Positions 8,393 to 17,143 of a stretch of DNA of 32,000 nucleotides are shown here, one piece after another (the stretch's first letter is position 1; every line of letters begins with the position of its first letter). Source of the DNA: Pseudodesulfovibrio piezophilus C1TLV30. Lineage in GTDB: Bacteria; Desulfobacterota; Desulfovibrionia; Desulfovibrionales; Desulfovibrionaceae. Made by a program: the position numbers and the translations under genes. The DNA lies in NCBI RefSeq assembly GCF_000341895.1, contig NC_020409.1, positions 1,770,001 to 1,802,000 on the forward strand, given 5' to 3'. The notes below the pieces were generated by a model. That model worked only from the letters and a program-made list of their open reading frames with translations, was not told the origin of the DNA and did not search any database.

Positions 8393-9925
8393 CTACTTTT
8401 TCTTCTTTTTCTTCTTCTTGGCCTGCTTGTTCAACTTTTTCTTGTTGCGGGCCTTGAGGGTTTTCTTCGAGATGGTGCGCTTGGTGCCTTCTTCCTCTCC
8501 CATACCGGGCATTCCCATTCCGGGAGGCATGCCGGGCATACCGTCCATGCCACCCAGTGCGCTCAGATCAGGCATGCCACCACCAAGACCGGGTAACTTG
8601 GGCAAACCGAATTTGCCTTTCTTTTTACCGCCGCCCATCATGGCCTGCATGACCTTGCTCATCTGCTTGAAATTCTTCATCAGCGCGTTGACATCCGCCA
8701 CCTTCACGCCAGAACCTTTAGCGATACGCTCTTTGCGACTCTGGTTGATGAGCTTGGGTTGACGACGCTCTTTCATGGTCATGGAGGAAATGATCGCCTC
8801 AGTGCGCTTCATTTCATCTTCCGGCAGGGCGTCCTGCCCCATCTGCTTCATGATGTTCCCCATACCGGGAATCATCTTGAGCAAGCCTTCCATGGAACCG
8901 AGTTTTTTGATCTTGCGCATATGACTGCGAAAATCTTCAAAATCAAATTCGGCCTTGGCCATCTTCTCTGCCATGGCCTTGGCTTCATCCTCGTCAATTT
9001 CGCTCTGTGCCTTCTCGATAAGCGTCATCATGTCGCCCATTCCGAGGATGCGAGAGGCGATACGATCCGGGTGAAACAGTTCCAATTCGGAAAGTTTTTC
9101 ACCAACACCGACAAATTTGACGGATTTACCGGTCACGGTCTTGATGGACAGCGCTGCACCACCACGGGCGTCACCATCCATCTTGGTCAGAACGACACCG
9201 GAAATCTCCAGCTTCTCATTGAAAGCTTCGGCAACGGTCACCGCGTCCTGGCCGGTCATGGCATCGGCCACAAACAAAATTTCCTGGGGGGTACAGGCGT
9301 TCTTGATATTCTCAAGCTCGTCCATCAACCCTTCATCGATATGCAGACGACCCGCTGTATCGAAAAGGATGAGATCACATCCCATCTCTTCGGCCTGAGC
9401 CAGCGCATCCCGACAAATATCCACCGGATTCATATCCGTGGTAGACGGATAGACAGGCACATCAAGCTGCCGGGCCAACGTCGTCAACTGATCAATGGCG
9501 GCAGGGCGGTAAACATCAGCAGGAACAAGGTACGGCTTCTTGTCATACTGCTTGCGCAAATAGAGCGCGAGTTTACCTGAACTGGTGGTCTTACCCGACC
9601 CTTGAAGGCCAACCATCATCAGCTTGAGCGGCTTGGCCTTGATATCAAGGCCCTGTTGCTCTCCGCCGAGCAGTTCGATCAATTCGTCATTGACGATCTT
9701 GATGATCTGTTGCCCCGGATCGAGGCCTTTCATGACCTCTTCGCCCAAAGCTCGATCTTTTACTTGATCGACAAAGCCTTTGACGACCTTGAAATTGACA
9801 TCCGCCTCAAGCAACGCCAAACGGACCTCACGCAACCCTTCCTTGACATTGTCTTCGGTGAGTTGCTTCTGGCCCTTGAATTTTTGAAAGGCATTGCCAA
9901 GTCTTTCTTGCAGGCTTTCGAACAA
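8393..9925 (-). CDS. ffh: Signal recognition particle protein Ffh, with an extended Met/Gly/Pro-rich and poly-Lys C-terminus
   Basis: It has the NG domain (GLQGSGKTTSSGKLA, DTAGRL, TKMDGDARGG) and the M domain. The N-terminus MFESLQERLG aligns with the usual MFxxL start. The start codon at 9925..9923 is TTG, preceded by AGGGAGA, and no in-frame ATG lies upstream. Confidence 0.9.
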   Translation of the reverse strand: MFESLQERLGNAFQKFKGQKQLTEDNVKEGLREVRLALLEADVNFKVVKGFVDQVKDRALGEEVMKGLDPGQQIIKIVNDELIELLGGEQQGLDIKAKPLKLMMVGLQGSGKTTSSGKLALYLRKQYDKKPYLVPADVYRPAAIDQLTTLARQLDVPVYPSTTDMNPVDICRDALAQAEEMGCDLILFDTAGRLHIDEGLMDELENIKNACTPQEILFVADAMTGQDAVTVAEAFNEKLEISGVVLTKMDGDARGGAALSIKTVTGKSVKFVGVGEKLSELELFHPDRIASRILGMGDMMTLIEKAQSEIDEDEAKAMAEKMAKAEFDFEDFRSHMRKIKKLGSMEGLLKMIPGMGNIMKQMGQDALPEDEMKRTEAIISSMTMKERRQPKLINQSRKERIAKGSGVKVADVNALMKNFKQMSKVMQAMMGGGKKKGKFGLPKLPGLGGGMPDLSALGGMDGMPGMPPGMGMPGMGEEEGTKRTISKKTLKARNKKKLNKQAKKKKKKKK

Positions 9926-10080
9926 GTGTCCTATCTCCCTAAAATCTATCGGTGTCCACGCGCAAAATACCCATCCAGCGTGGGCAAAGAGGGGGTTTGT
10001 TAAGCCAGAAACGCAAGATAGTCAAGGCCACAGAGGGTTCGAGCCACGCTTTTCAACATGCACACAACTCTAGAAAAAAA

Positions 10081-10773
10081 CTAGAGCAGCCTTCCCTGTC
10101 TCGGCGCTGAAATCGAGTCGAGCAGGTCCTCACTCTCATGACCAGGATCATTCACCGCATAGGAAACCAGCCAAGCACGCATATCATTCCCCTGATATGG
10201 AACAAGCATATCCCGTAGCGTTTCCGGCCAAATATTTTCCGGATCGAGCCATTGATCCCATTTTTCATGGGGCACGATCACCGGCATTCTTTCATGAAGA
10301 GGACTCATGACCGCATTGGCTTCACAGGTCAGAATAGCGACGGAATCGACAACCTCGCCGATCTTTGCATCCTGCCAACTCGCGGAAAGAGCTGCCATGC
10401 AGAAAACTTCGTTATCAAGCAACCCCACGGCATAGGGTTGCTTCCCATGGCCCAACCGCTGCCACTCGTAAAAAGCCTGCGCAGGCACGAGACATCTTCC
10501 ATGCTGGACAGACTCCCCAAATGACGGTTTGTCAAAAAGGGTTTCCGCCCTGATATTAATCATGGTGTATCCGGCTTTTTTTTCTTCAGCCCGGTGAGGG
10601 ACCAATCCCCACCAGCGGGTTGACCAACATCTTTTCCCACCCATGTTGGCCAGGGTATGAATTTCCTGCCCCGGAGCCACATTCAAACGGGGGTCATAGT
10701 TCTCTGGAACCTGAACCTCCAAAGCCTCAGCCAACTGTTTTTTGGGAATCCCAAGAGCAAATCGTCCACACAT
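10081..10773 (-). CDS. SOS-response-associated peptidase (SRAP/YedK family, abasic-site DNA-protein crosslink former)
   Basis: 230 aa starting MCGRFAL, which carries the invariant Cys2. Also NVAPGQ, WGLVP and FYEW blocks typical of SRAP. Confidence 0.85.
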   Translation of the reverse strand: MCGRFALGIPKKQLAEALEVQVPENYDPRLNVAPGQEIHTLANMGGKRCWSTRWWGLVPHRAEEKKAGYTMINIRAETLFDKPSFGESVQHGRCLVPAQAFYEWQRLGHGKQPYAVGLLDNEVFCMAALSASWQDAKIGEVVDSVAILTCEANAVMSPLHERMPVIVPHEKWDQWLDPENIWPETLRDMLVPYQGNDMRAWLVSYAVNDPGHESEDLLDSISAPRQGRLL

Positions 10774-11052
10774 TCACTCACCATACATGTATCTGTCTCC
10801 CTTGACCACCCCGGCAAAGATTCTCATTCCTCGCCCGCAAGTATATACTCTATAAATACAAGCAGACATGTGGCTAAAATGAAAAACATGTGCGTACACG
10901 TTCTCCCTCAAGCCGAACAGCAGCAAAGGTCAAGGTTGGAACGCGCCAGGGACCGGCAGGATAAAACCGTGACTGGCATCCTGGAAACCGGGCTTTTCAT
11001 CTCCGCCCTTTTCCTTTAGTACGAGAAGCGAATGTAGCAAGGAGACATATTC

Positions 11053-12333
11053 ATGCTTGATCTTAAGTTGATGCAGAAAAATCCGGACGTGGTTCGGGAG
11101 AGCCTGGAAAAACGTGGCTCGAAAATAGATGTTCAGGAATTTATTGATCTTGATACGCGCAGGAAGGCGTTAATTGGCGAAGTTGAATCCCTCAAGGCTG
11201 AAAAAAATGCCGTGGGACCGGAAATAGCCAAGCGCAAAAAAGCCGGAGAAGATGCTTCGGATCTGTTGGCCAAGATGGGACAGGTCTCTGCCCGCACCAA
11301 GGAACTCGACAGTGAGTTGACTCAAGTTGAATCGGCGCAGAAGGACTGGATGATGTCCGTGCCGAATATCCCCCATAAATCTGTCCCGTTAGGGACAAGT
11401 GAAGAGGACAATCCTGTCCTGCGATACTGGGGTGGAAAACCCGAACTGGATTTTGCTCCCAAAGAGCACTGGGAATTGGGAACCAACCTGGGCGGCTTGG
11501 ATTTCGAATGCGCGGCCAAACTTGCCGGAGCGCGTTTTTCCATCAGCTATGGCTGGTGTGCCCGGCTGGAACGAGCCCTGGCGCAATTGATGCTGGATAC
11601 CCAAACGAGTCTGCACGGATATACCGAAGTCATTCCACCAGTCATCGTCAATCGCAAGACAATGACCGGCACCGGTCAATTGCCCAAATTCGAGGAAGAT
11701 CTCTTCAAGCTCAATGATGATCGTGAATTTTATCTGATCCCCACAGCTGAAGTGCCACTGACCAATATCTACGCCGGGGAAGTGATCGACGAGGAAAAGC
11801 TCCCCGTTAAATTTTGCGCTCACACCCCTTGCTTCCGCTCCGAAGCAGGATCATATGGCAAGGACACCAAGGGACTGATTCGACAGCACCAGTTCAACAA
11901 AGTTGAAATGGTCAACTTCGCCCACCCCGAGCACTCCTATGAAGCACTGGAAGACATGACAGCCGCAGCCGAAAGGATTCTGCAACTGCTCAACATCCCA
12001 TACCGTGTCATAGAACTGTGCACCGGTGACATGGGATTTGGCGCGGCCAAGACGTATGACATTGAAGTCTGGCTGCCCGGTCAGGATCAATACCGTGAGA
12101 TTTCCTCCTGCTCCAACTGTGAGGATTTCCAGGCGCGCCGAGCCAACATCAAATTCCAACCCCGCGACTCCAAGAAAAAACAGTTCGTTCATACTTTGAA
12201 CGGTTCCGGCCTGGCCGTGGGTCGATGCCTGGTTGCCGTACTGGAAAACTACCAACAGGCAGATGGTTCTATTGTCATCCCCGATGCCCTCAAACCCTAC
12301 ATGGGCGGTATAGAAGTCGTCACACCGGAATAG
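11053..12333 (+). CDS. serS: Serine--tRNA ligase
   Basis: 426 aa with an N-terminal coiled-coil arm ([12 protein letters not shown]...). Class II motifs are present ([26 protein letters not shown]). ATG 11053 is preceded by AAGGAGA. Confidence 0.95.
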   Translation: MLDLKLMQKNPDVVRESLEKRGSKIDVQEFIDLDTRRKALIGEVESLKAEKNAVGPEIAKRKKAGEDASDLLAKMGQVSARTKELDSELTQVESAQKDWMMSVPNIPHKSVPLGTSEEDNPVLRYWGGKPELDFAPKEHWELGTNLGGLDFECAAKLAGARFSISYGWCARLERALAQLMLDTQTSLHGYTEVIPPVIVNRKTMTGTGQLPKFEEDLFKLNDDREFYLIPTAEVPLTNIYAGEVIDEEKLPVKFCAHTPCFRSEAGSYGKDTKGLIRQHQFNKVEMVNFAHPEHSYEALEDMTAAAERILQLLNIPYRVIELCTGDMGFGAAKTYDIEVWLPGQDQYREISSCSNCEDFQARRANIKFQPRDSKKKQFVHTLNGSGLAVGRCLVAVLENYQQADGSIVIPDALKPYMGGIEVVTPE

Positions 12334-12350
12334 AGCAACCTTCAAATAGG

Positions 12351-12392
12351 AAAAAGGCCGGAGCATGATCATGCTCCGGCCTTTCCCGTTTT
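12351..12392. terminator. Bidirectional rho-independent terminator between convergent serS and selO
   Basis: Perfect 26-nt palindrome GGCCGGAGCATGA/TCATGCTCCGGCC (12356-12381). It is flanked by AAAAA on the left and TTTCCCGTTTTT on the right, so a U-rich tract follows the hairpin on either strand. Confidence 0.7.
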
Positions 12393-13838
12393 TCAGGTTC
12401 CGCAAAAGGTCTGACGAACCCGCTCCTCTGGCCGGGGTGGGTCCATATACTCGGCATGCTCCGGCTGGCTCCCATACGGATGGGAGACAATCTCGATCAA
12501 CCTGTGAGTGAGCGAAAAATCATCATGATCCTCTGCGGCCCGGATGGCTTCCTCCACCCGATGGTTCCGCGGGATGAACACGGGATTCGCCTGACGCATC
12601 ATCGCCAATGACCGGTCACTGGAAAGAGTGTGTTCCGCTAAACGACTTTCACGAACGGCCAGCCACGATTCCACTGCCTGTCCCGAGGCAAACAATTGAA
12701 CAAAAGCCTGCACATCATTGGTCAACCGGTGGAATGCCAAGGTGAAATCAACGCCATCAGCGTGCATGAGCCGCAACAGAGAGCGCACCATATCAAAATC
12801 CTTTTCATCCAAGGCATCCACCCCGATCTTGGCACACATGCCATCCTCATAGGCGTCCTTGAAAAGAGGTGCGAACGTTCCGAGAATCCGTTCTCCTTCG
12901 GCATGAGCCATGTCAGTTTTCTCATGCAGGAGCGGCAAAAGGCATCCCCCCAGACAGGCCATATTCCATTGAGCAATGGTGGGTTGATTATTATAGGCGT
13001 ATCGGCCCTGATGGTCGATGGAACTGAAGACCGCCGTCGGGTCGTATGCATCCATGAAAGCACAGGGACCAAAATCGATGGTCTCGCCGGAAAGCGTTGT
13101 ATTGTCAGTATTCATGACACCATGAATGAACCCGACACTCATCCATCGGGCCACGAGACGCGCCTGTGCATGACAGACGGCTTCAAACAGCGCGGCATAG
13201 GGATTGGCCGCTGTCCGAACTTCCGGGTAATGGCGATCAATGACGTAATCTGCAAGTCGCCGCACGGACTCAGAGTCCCCGCGCGAGGCACAATATTCAA
13301 AAGTCCCCACCCGGAGATGGCTGGCTGCAACACGCGTAAAAAGAGCACCCGGCTGGATGGTTTCACGAATCACCTCCTCGCCGCTCCCGACCATGGCAAG
13401 GGCGCGTGTGGTGGGAACTCCCAAGGCGTGCATGGCCTCGCTGACCACATATTCACGAATAACCGGTCCCAACGGGGAGCGTCCATCTCCATTTCTGGAA
13501 AACGGCGTCTGCCCGGCCCCCTTGAGTTGGATGTCAAAACGCTCTCCTTGGTCAGTAACGACTTCCCCCAGCAATACGGCACGGCCATCACCTAATTCTG
13601 GGACAAAATGCCCGAATTGGTGTCCAGCATATGCCAAAGCCACTGGATCACTGCCCGACCAATGGGTATTTCCGGAAAACAGCCCTGCCAGTTTTTCCTG
13701 ATCTTCCGGCAGGTCGAGGCCAAGCTCGGCAGCAAGGGGACGATTCAACCTGATCAGGTATGGATCACGGACAGGCACCGGGGCAACACGTTTGAAAAAA
13801 ATCTCGGGCAGCTGCAAAATACTCGTATCAAATCGCAT
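12393..13838 (-). CDS. selO: Protein adenylyltransferase SelO (YdiU family pseudokinase-fold AMPylase/UMPylase)
   Basis: 481 aa. YAGHQFGHFVPELGDGRAVLLGE, QLKGAG.TPFSR, IHGVMNTDNTTLSGETIDFGPCAFMD and the C-terminal Cys (TFCGT) match SelO. The ATG directly abuts the upstream stop (TGAATG). Confidence 0.9.
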   Translation of the reverse strand: MRFDTSILQLPEIFFKRVAPVPVRDPYLIRLNRPLAAELGLDLPEDQEKLAGLFSGNTHWSGSDPVALAYAGHQFGHFVPELGDGRAVLLGEVVTDQGERFDIQLKGAGQTPFSRNGDGRSPLGPVIREYVVSEAMHALGVPTTRALAMVGSGEEVIRETIQPGALFTRVAASHLRVGTFEYCASRGDSESVRRLADYVIDRHYPEVRTAANPYAALFEAVCHAQARLVARWMSVGFIHGVMNTDNTTLSGETIDFGPCAFMDAYDPTAVFSSIDHQGRYAYNNQPTIAQWNMACLGGCLLPLLHEKTDMAHAEGERILGTFAPLFKDAYEDGMCAKIGVDALDEKDFDMVRSLLRLMHADGVDFTLAFHRLTNDVQAFVQLFASGQAVESWLAVRESRLAEHTLSSDRSLAMMRQANPVFIPRNHRVEEAIRAAEDHDDFSLTHRLIEIVSHPYGSQPEHAEYMDPPRPEERVRQTFCGT

Positions 13839-14780
13839 TCATCGCTCCAGCAGGATCTTCCAGGCCGGGAGCAAAGTGTCGATACTCCGGGAAAGCAGGT
13901 GCATATATTTCATTTCCAGTGCCACCATTTCGTGATCATTTTTCCTGAGCCATTCAGACATCCAGGCAAAACGCATTCCAAGAATCATCTCAGGCAGAAC
14001 ATGAAAACCAGCGGCATCCAGAGCGTCCGAATTTCGCAAGGTGGTCAGCAATGCCGGAGCCAGACCAGTGACCAGGGCGTGAGGCTCTTCAATCCCGACA
14101 CATCCCAGACAGTTGGCAACATCGAACAGGGCTGGACGAATTCCCATGAATTCCCAGTCCATGACAGCCCCCACGCTACGACCGTGCCAGAGAATATTGA
14201 GTGGATGGAAATCACCCTGACAAAGTGCTGTGGGCAAATCATGCCACGCCTCGAAAAGCGGGACCAGAGAGCCAAGCACCGGCAAAAGAGCCGCATGAAT
14301 ATCCGGCTGTCTCGATTTCATAACGGTCATCAAATCATTGATGTACTCTTCAAGAATGAACGCCGGTTCCGCATCAAAAGTGCGGACCAACCCTCCTACC
14401 CGATTCAGACCGGCCACAAAATCGCCGAGGTGTCTGCCCCGTTCGGCATCATCAACAAAATCGGGTTGAGGCAGGGGATCGCCAGGAACAAAGCGGGAAA
14501 GCTGCCAATGAGCATCCGCATGCTGCAAAACGAAATGATCGCCCAATCCCCGCTTGTACGCGAGCACAGGCAGCCCCATTCCTTCCAACTGGGCCAGAGC
14601 CTGACCAATCCGCTCCCGCTGTTCCAGTTGTGCCGGACGCAGGCACTCCAGTACCCAGACTCGACCCTGATCGTCTTCAACGGCCTGGCGAGAAGCGCAC
14701 CGTTCAGGACTGCCGGGCAATGCGATATCCGAGCGAAGGCGGCCCGGCTTCAGCCCCCACAAGGGAAAAATATCAAGCAT
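13839..14780 (-). CDS. Phosphotransferase (APH/choline-kinase-like fold), substrate unknown
   Basis: 313 aa. CQGDFHPLNILW resembles the H-x-D-x4-N catalytic loop, and VMDWEFMG is the metal-binding Asp motif of the APH family. I found no close match to a characterised member. Confidence 0.65.
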   Translation of the reverse strand: MLDIFPLWGLKPGRLRSDIALPGSPERCASRQAVEDDQGRVWVLECLRPAQLEQRERIGQALAQLEGMGLPVLAYKRGLGDHFVLQHADAHWQLSRFVPGDPLPQPDFVDDAERGRHLGDFVAGLNRVGGLVRTFDAEPAFILEEYINDLMTVMKSRQPDIHAALLPVLGSLVPLFEAWHDLPTALCQGDFHPLNILWHGRSVGAVMDWEFMGIRPALFDVANCLGCVGIEEPHALVTGLAPALLTTLRNSDALDAAGFHVLPEMILGMRFAWMSEWLRKNDHEMVALEMKYMHLLSRSIDTLLPAWKILLER

Positions 14781-14783
14781 AAA

Positions 14784-15533
14784 TCAAAGCTTCCTTATAT
14801 CGACAACTTCACCATTTTTCTTTCGTGGGTCATCTTTGAGAAAACGAACCAGCCCACGCGCCGATTCCTCCGGCGTCAGCAACAGCCCCTGTTCCTTCCA
14901 CGGCGTAAACACAGCCTTGAGCTTGTTGGCACTCTGGCCCTGACTGTTGCGGGCATCCTTCTGCATCCGAGTTTCCACGATACCCGGCCGCCAGATGATG
15001 GTGGTGAGGGGAGGAGCTTCGGCCGCCAATTGCCGCGCCAGATGCTCCTCGGCAGCCTTGGCAGCACAGTATGCGCCGATGCCGGGTTGCGCTCTGTCCG
15101 CGGCCCCGGAACCAAAGAACACCGCCAACCCATCGCCTCGCCATAGTAATTCCGGCACGGCTTGCCGGATGAGTTGATGCGCACCCGTGACCGACGCATT
15201 CATGACCTCGGAGAATTGTGATTTGTTCAATTCCCACACAGCCGGGCCAGGAGCCAAAACCCCCGCAGCATGAATGAAACCGTAGAAATCGCCGAACTCC
15301 TTGGCAGTGTTCACCAACTGGCGGGCCACGTTGGTCGAGGAGACATCGCCACAAACGAACGCCGCCTTGACACCATGCTTGCGACACATCGCAGCCGTGA
15401 TAATCAGCGGCTCCTTGGATCTCGCTCCCAAAACAAGGTTGACCCCTTCCACAGCCAGTTCACTGGCCAGGGCTTTTCCGATGCCCATTGATGCCCCGGT
15501 CAGGACCAGGGTTTTATTCCTTAGCAAAGTCAT
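14784..15533 (-). CDS. Classical short-chain dehydrogenase/reductase (SDR)
   Basis: TLVLTGASMGIGKAL (TGxxxGxG), FIHAAG and YCAAK (YxxxK). I prefer ATG 15533 (MTLLRNKT...) because the track start at 15590 would overlap the divergent aminotransferase start. Confidence 0.8.
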   Translation of the reverse strand: MTLLRNKTLVLTGASMGIGKALASELAVEGVNLVLGARSKEPLIITAAMCRKHGVKAAFVCGDVSSTNVARQLVNTAKEFGDFYGFIHAAGVLAPGPAVWELNKSQFSEVMNASVTGAHQLIRQAVPELLWRGDGLAVFFGSGAADRAQPGIGAYCAAKAAEEHLARQLAAEAPPLTTIIWRPGIVETRMQKDARNSQGQSANKLKAVFTPWKEQGLLLTPEESARGLVRFLKDDPRKKNGEVVDIRKL

Positions 15534-15583
15534 ATAGTATGTATCCTTCTCTTTAACCACGACCCTACGCGAGATTGAGACAT

Positions 15584-16744
15584 ATGTCATTGCGAGTCAG
15601 CAAACGCCGCAACCTTGTGGCACAGTCCGAAATCAGAAGCATGTCCATTGAATGTGCCCGAGTGCAGGGCATTAATCTGGCTCAGGGAGTCTGTGACCTG
15701 CCGGTGCCGGATGTCGTCATCAACGGCGCGGAAGAAGCGATGAAACACGGGACCAACATCTACACCCGTTTTGATGGACGGTTCGAACTACGCAAGGCCA
15801 TAGCCGCCAAGCAGTACAGATTCACGGGCATGGACGTGGACCCCGAAGGACATATCATCGTTTCCGCCGGAGCCACCGGGGCCTTCTACTCCACCTGTCT
15901 CGCTCTTCTTGACGCAGGTGATGAGGTCGTGGTTTTCGAACCGTACTACGGATACCATATCGTGACCATGGAGTCGCTCGGTATCAAACCTGCCTTCGTT
16001 ACCCTGAAGCCACCACGCTGGCATTTTTCCGAAGATGACCTGGAAAAGGTCGTCACTCATAAAACACGAGCAATCCTCCTGAACACCCCTTCCAATCCGG
16101 CTGGAAAGGTCTTTGCCCGGAACGAATTACAGATTATCGCCGATTTTGCCGAATCCCACGATCTTTTTGTTTTTACAGATGAGATATACGAACATTTCGT
16201 CTTTGACGGGCGGGAGCATATTGCCCCGGCCACCCTGCCCGGCATGGCCAGGCGCACCATAACCATCTCCGGTCTGTCCAAGATTTTTGCCGTGACTGGC
16301 TGGCGATTGGGCTATGCCCTTTGCGACCCGGAGTGGGCACTGCCCATCGGGCACTTCAATGATCTTGTTTATGTCTGTGCTCCGGCCCCACTGCAGATAG
16401 GGGCTGCCCGTGGTCTTGAAAAGCTTGGGACCGACTATTATCAAGCTGTTTCCGATGAGCACCAAGTCAAACGCGACCTGTTTTGCGCCACTTTGCGCGA
16501 CATTGGTTTGCCCCCCCATGTCCCTGAAGGAGCATATTATACCCTCGCGGACATCTCCTCCCTCCCCGGAGAGACGGCCAAAGATCGAGCACTGAACCTC
16601 TTGGATAAGACGGGTGTGGCCTGCGTGCCAGGATCGGCTTTTTATCAGGGTAATGAGGGTGAGGGGCTGGCCCGCTTCTGCTTTGCGAAAGAGATGCCCC
16701 TACTGGAGAAAGCCATGAGCCGACTGCGAGGAGAATCAGCATGA
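15584..16744 (+). CDS. PLP-dependent class I aminotransferase, KAT/YbdL (methionine/kynurenine aminotransferase)-like
   Basis: INLAQGVCDLPVP, LNTPSNPAGKVF, DEIYEHFVF, SGLSKIFAVTGWRLGY (PLP lysine) and RFCFAK align block for block with YbdL/KAT-type enzymes. The track start at 15575 is TTG; the first ATG is at 15584. Confidence 0.8.
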   Translation: MSLRVSKRRNLVAQSEIRSMSIECARVQGINLAQGVCDLPVPDVVINGAEEAMKHGTNIYTRFDGRFELRKAIAAKQYRFTGMDVDPEGHIIVSAGATGAFYSTCLALLDAGDEVVVFEPYYGYHIVTMESLGIKPAFVTLKPPRWHFSEDDLEKVVTHKTRAILLNTPSNPAGKVFARNELQIIADFAESHDLFVFTDEIYEHFVFDGREHIAPATLPGMARRTITISGLSKIFAVTGWRLGYALCDPEWALPIGHFNDLVYVCAPAPLQIGAARGLEKLGTDYYQAVSDEHQVKRDLFCATLRDIGLPPHVPEGAYYTLADISSLPGETAKDRALNLLDKTGVACVPGSAFYQGNEGEGLARFCFAKEMPLLEKAMSRLRGESA

Positions 16745-17076
16745 ATGATAGCCAGAAACAGGACTTCAGAGGCTATGCCAACCGCGAAATCGAATCCCTG
16801 AAGGCTGAAATTCCTCGACTGCAAGCATTACTCAAGCCCGTGTCACCGGACAATGCCATTGGACGTCTTTCGCGGATGGACAACATCGTCAATCAATCTG
16901 TGGCCGAGGCACAGCTTTCTAAATCCCGCATTCGCCTGATCCGACTGGAGAAAGCTCTCAAACGACTTGAAAGTGATGAAGATTTCGGCCTGTGCGTGGA
17001 CTGTGGCGATCCGATTCCGATGGCGAGGCTCAAGGCCATGCCCGAAACGTTATTCTGCGTGGACTGTGCAGAATAA
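16741..17076 (+). CDS. DksA/TraR-family C4 zinc-finger protein
   Basis: 111 aa. A coiled-coil N-terminal part is followed by CVDCGDPIPMARLKAMPETLFCVDC (CxxC-N17-CxxC). Its start overlaps the aminotransferase stop as ATGA. Confidence 0.75.
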   Translation: MNDSQKQDFRGYANREIESLKAEIPRLQALLKPVSPDNAIGRLSRMDNIVNQSVAEAQLSKSRIRLIRLEKALKRLESDEDFGLCVDCGDPIPMARLKAMPETLFCVDCAE

Positions 17077-17143
17077 AAGGTTTTGCTCCGTTGATAACAC
17101 CGTTGGACCTTGATCAGGAATCCCAGACGGCAATCAGAAAAAA

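Noticed and set aside
7625-8596. A 323-aa plus-strand ORF crossing rimM, the KH gene, rpsP and the ffh 3' end. Similar antisense ORFs occur at 6002..6772, 8759..9580 and 12696..13595.
   Set aside because: They span several well-supported minus-strand genes and their intergenic gaps, and show no motif or SD. They are shadow ORFs.
10030-10050. A GGTTCGAGCC string resembling a tRNA T-loop in the ffh/SRAP spacer
   Set aside because: No complementary T-stem follows the loop, and no acceptor or anticodon arms can be drawn around it.
13608-15146. A 512-aa plus-strand ORF across the kinase and SDR genes
   Set aside because: It is antisense to two minus-strand genes with clear catalytic motifs (GDFHPLN/DWEF and TGxxxGxG/YxxxK). 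Its translation has no motifs and is rich in Arg/Gln/His/Pro, typical of shadow frames.
15534-15590. Track starts at 15590 (SDR) and 15575 (aminotransferase, TTG), which would make the two divergent genes overlap head-to-head
   Set aside because: The internal ATGs at 15533 and 15584 give family-typical N-termini (7 residues before TGxxxGxG; SEIRxM...INLxQG). They also remove the overlap.
13839-16744. The idea that the APH-fold kinase plus the aminotransferase-fold protein are a non-orthologous L-threonine kinase / CobD pair for the cobamide aminopropanol arm (cbiET is next door)
   Set aside because: The aminotransferase aligns block for block with KAT/YbdL-type true aminotransferases (INLxQG, EIYEH, TGWRxGY, RFCFAK) rather than HisC/CobD-type decarboxylases. 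The genes are divergently oriented and separated from cbiET by a dksA/traR gene. I kept it only as a remote alternative.
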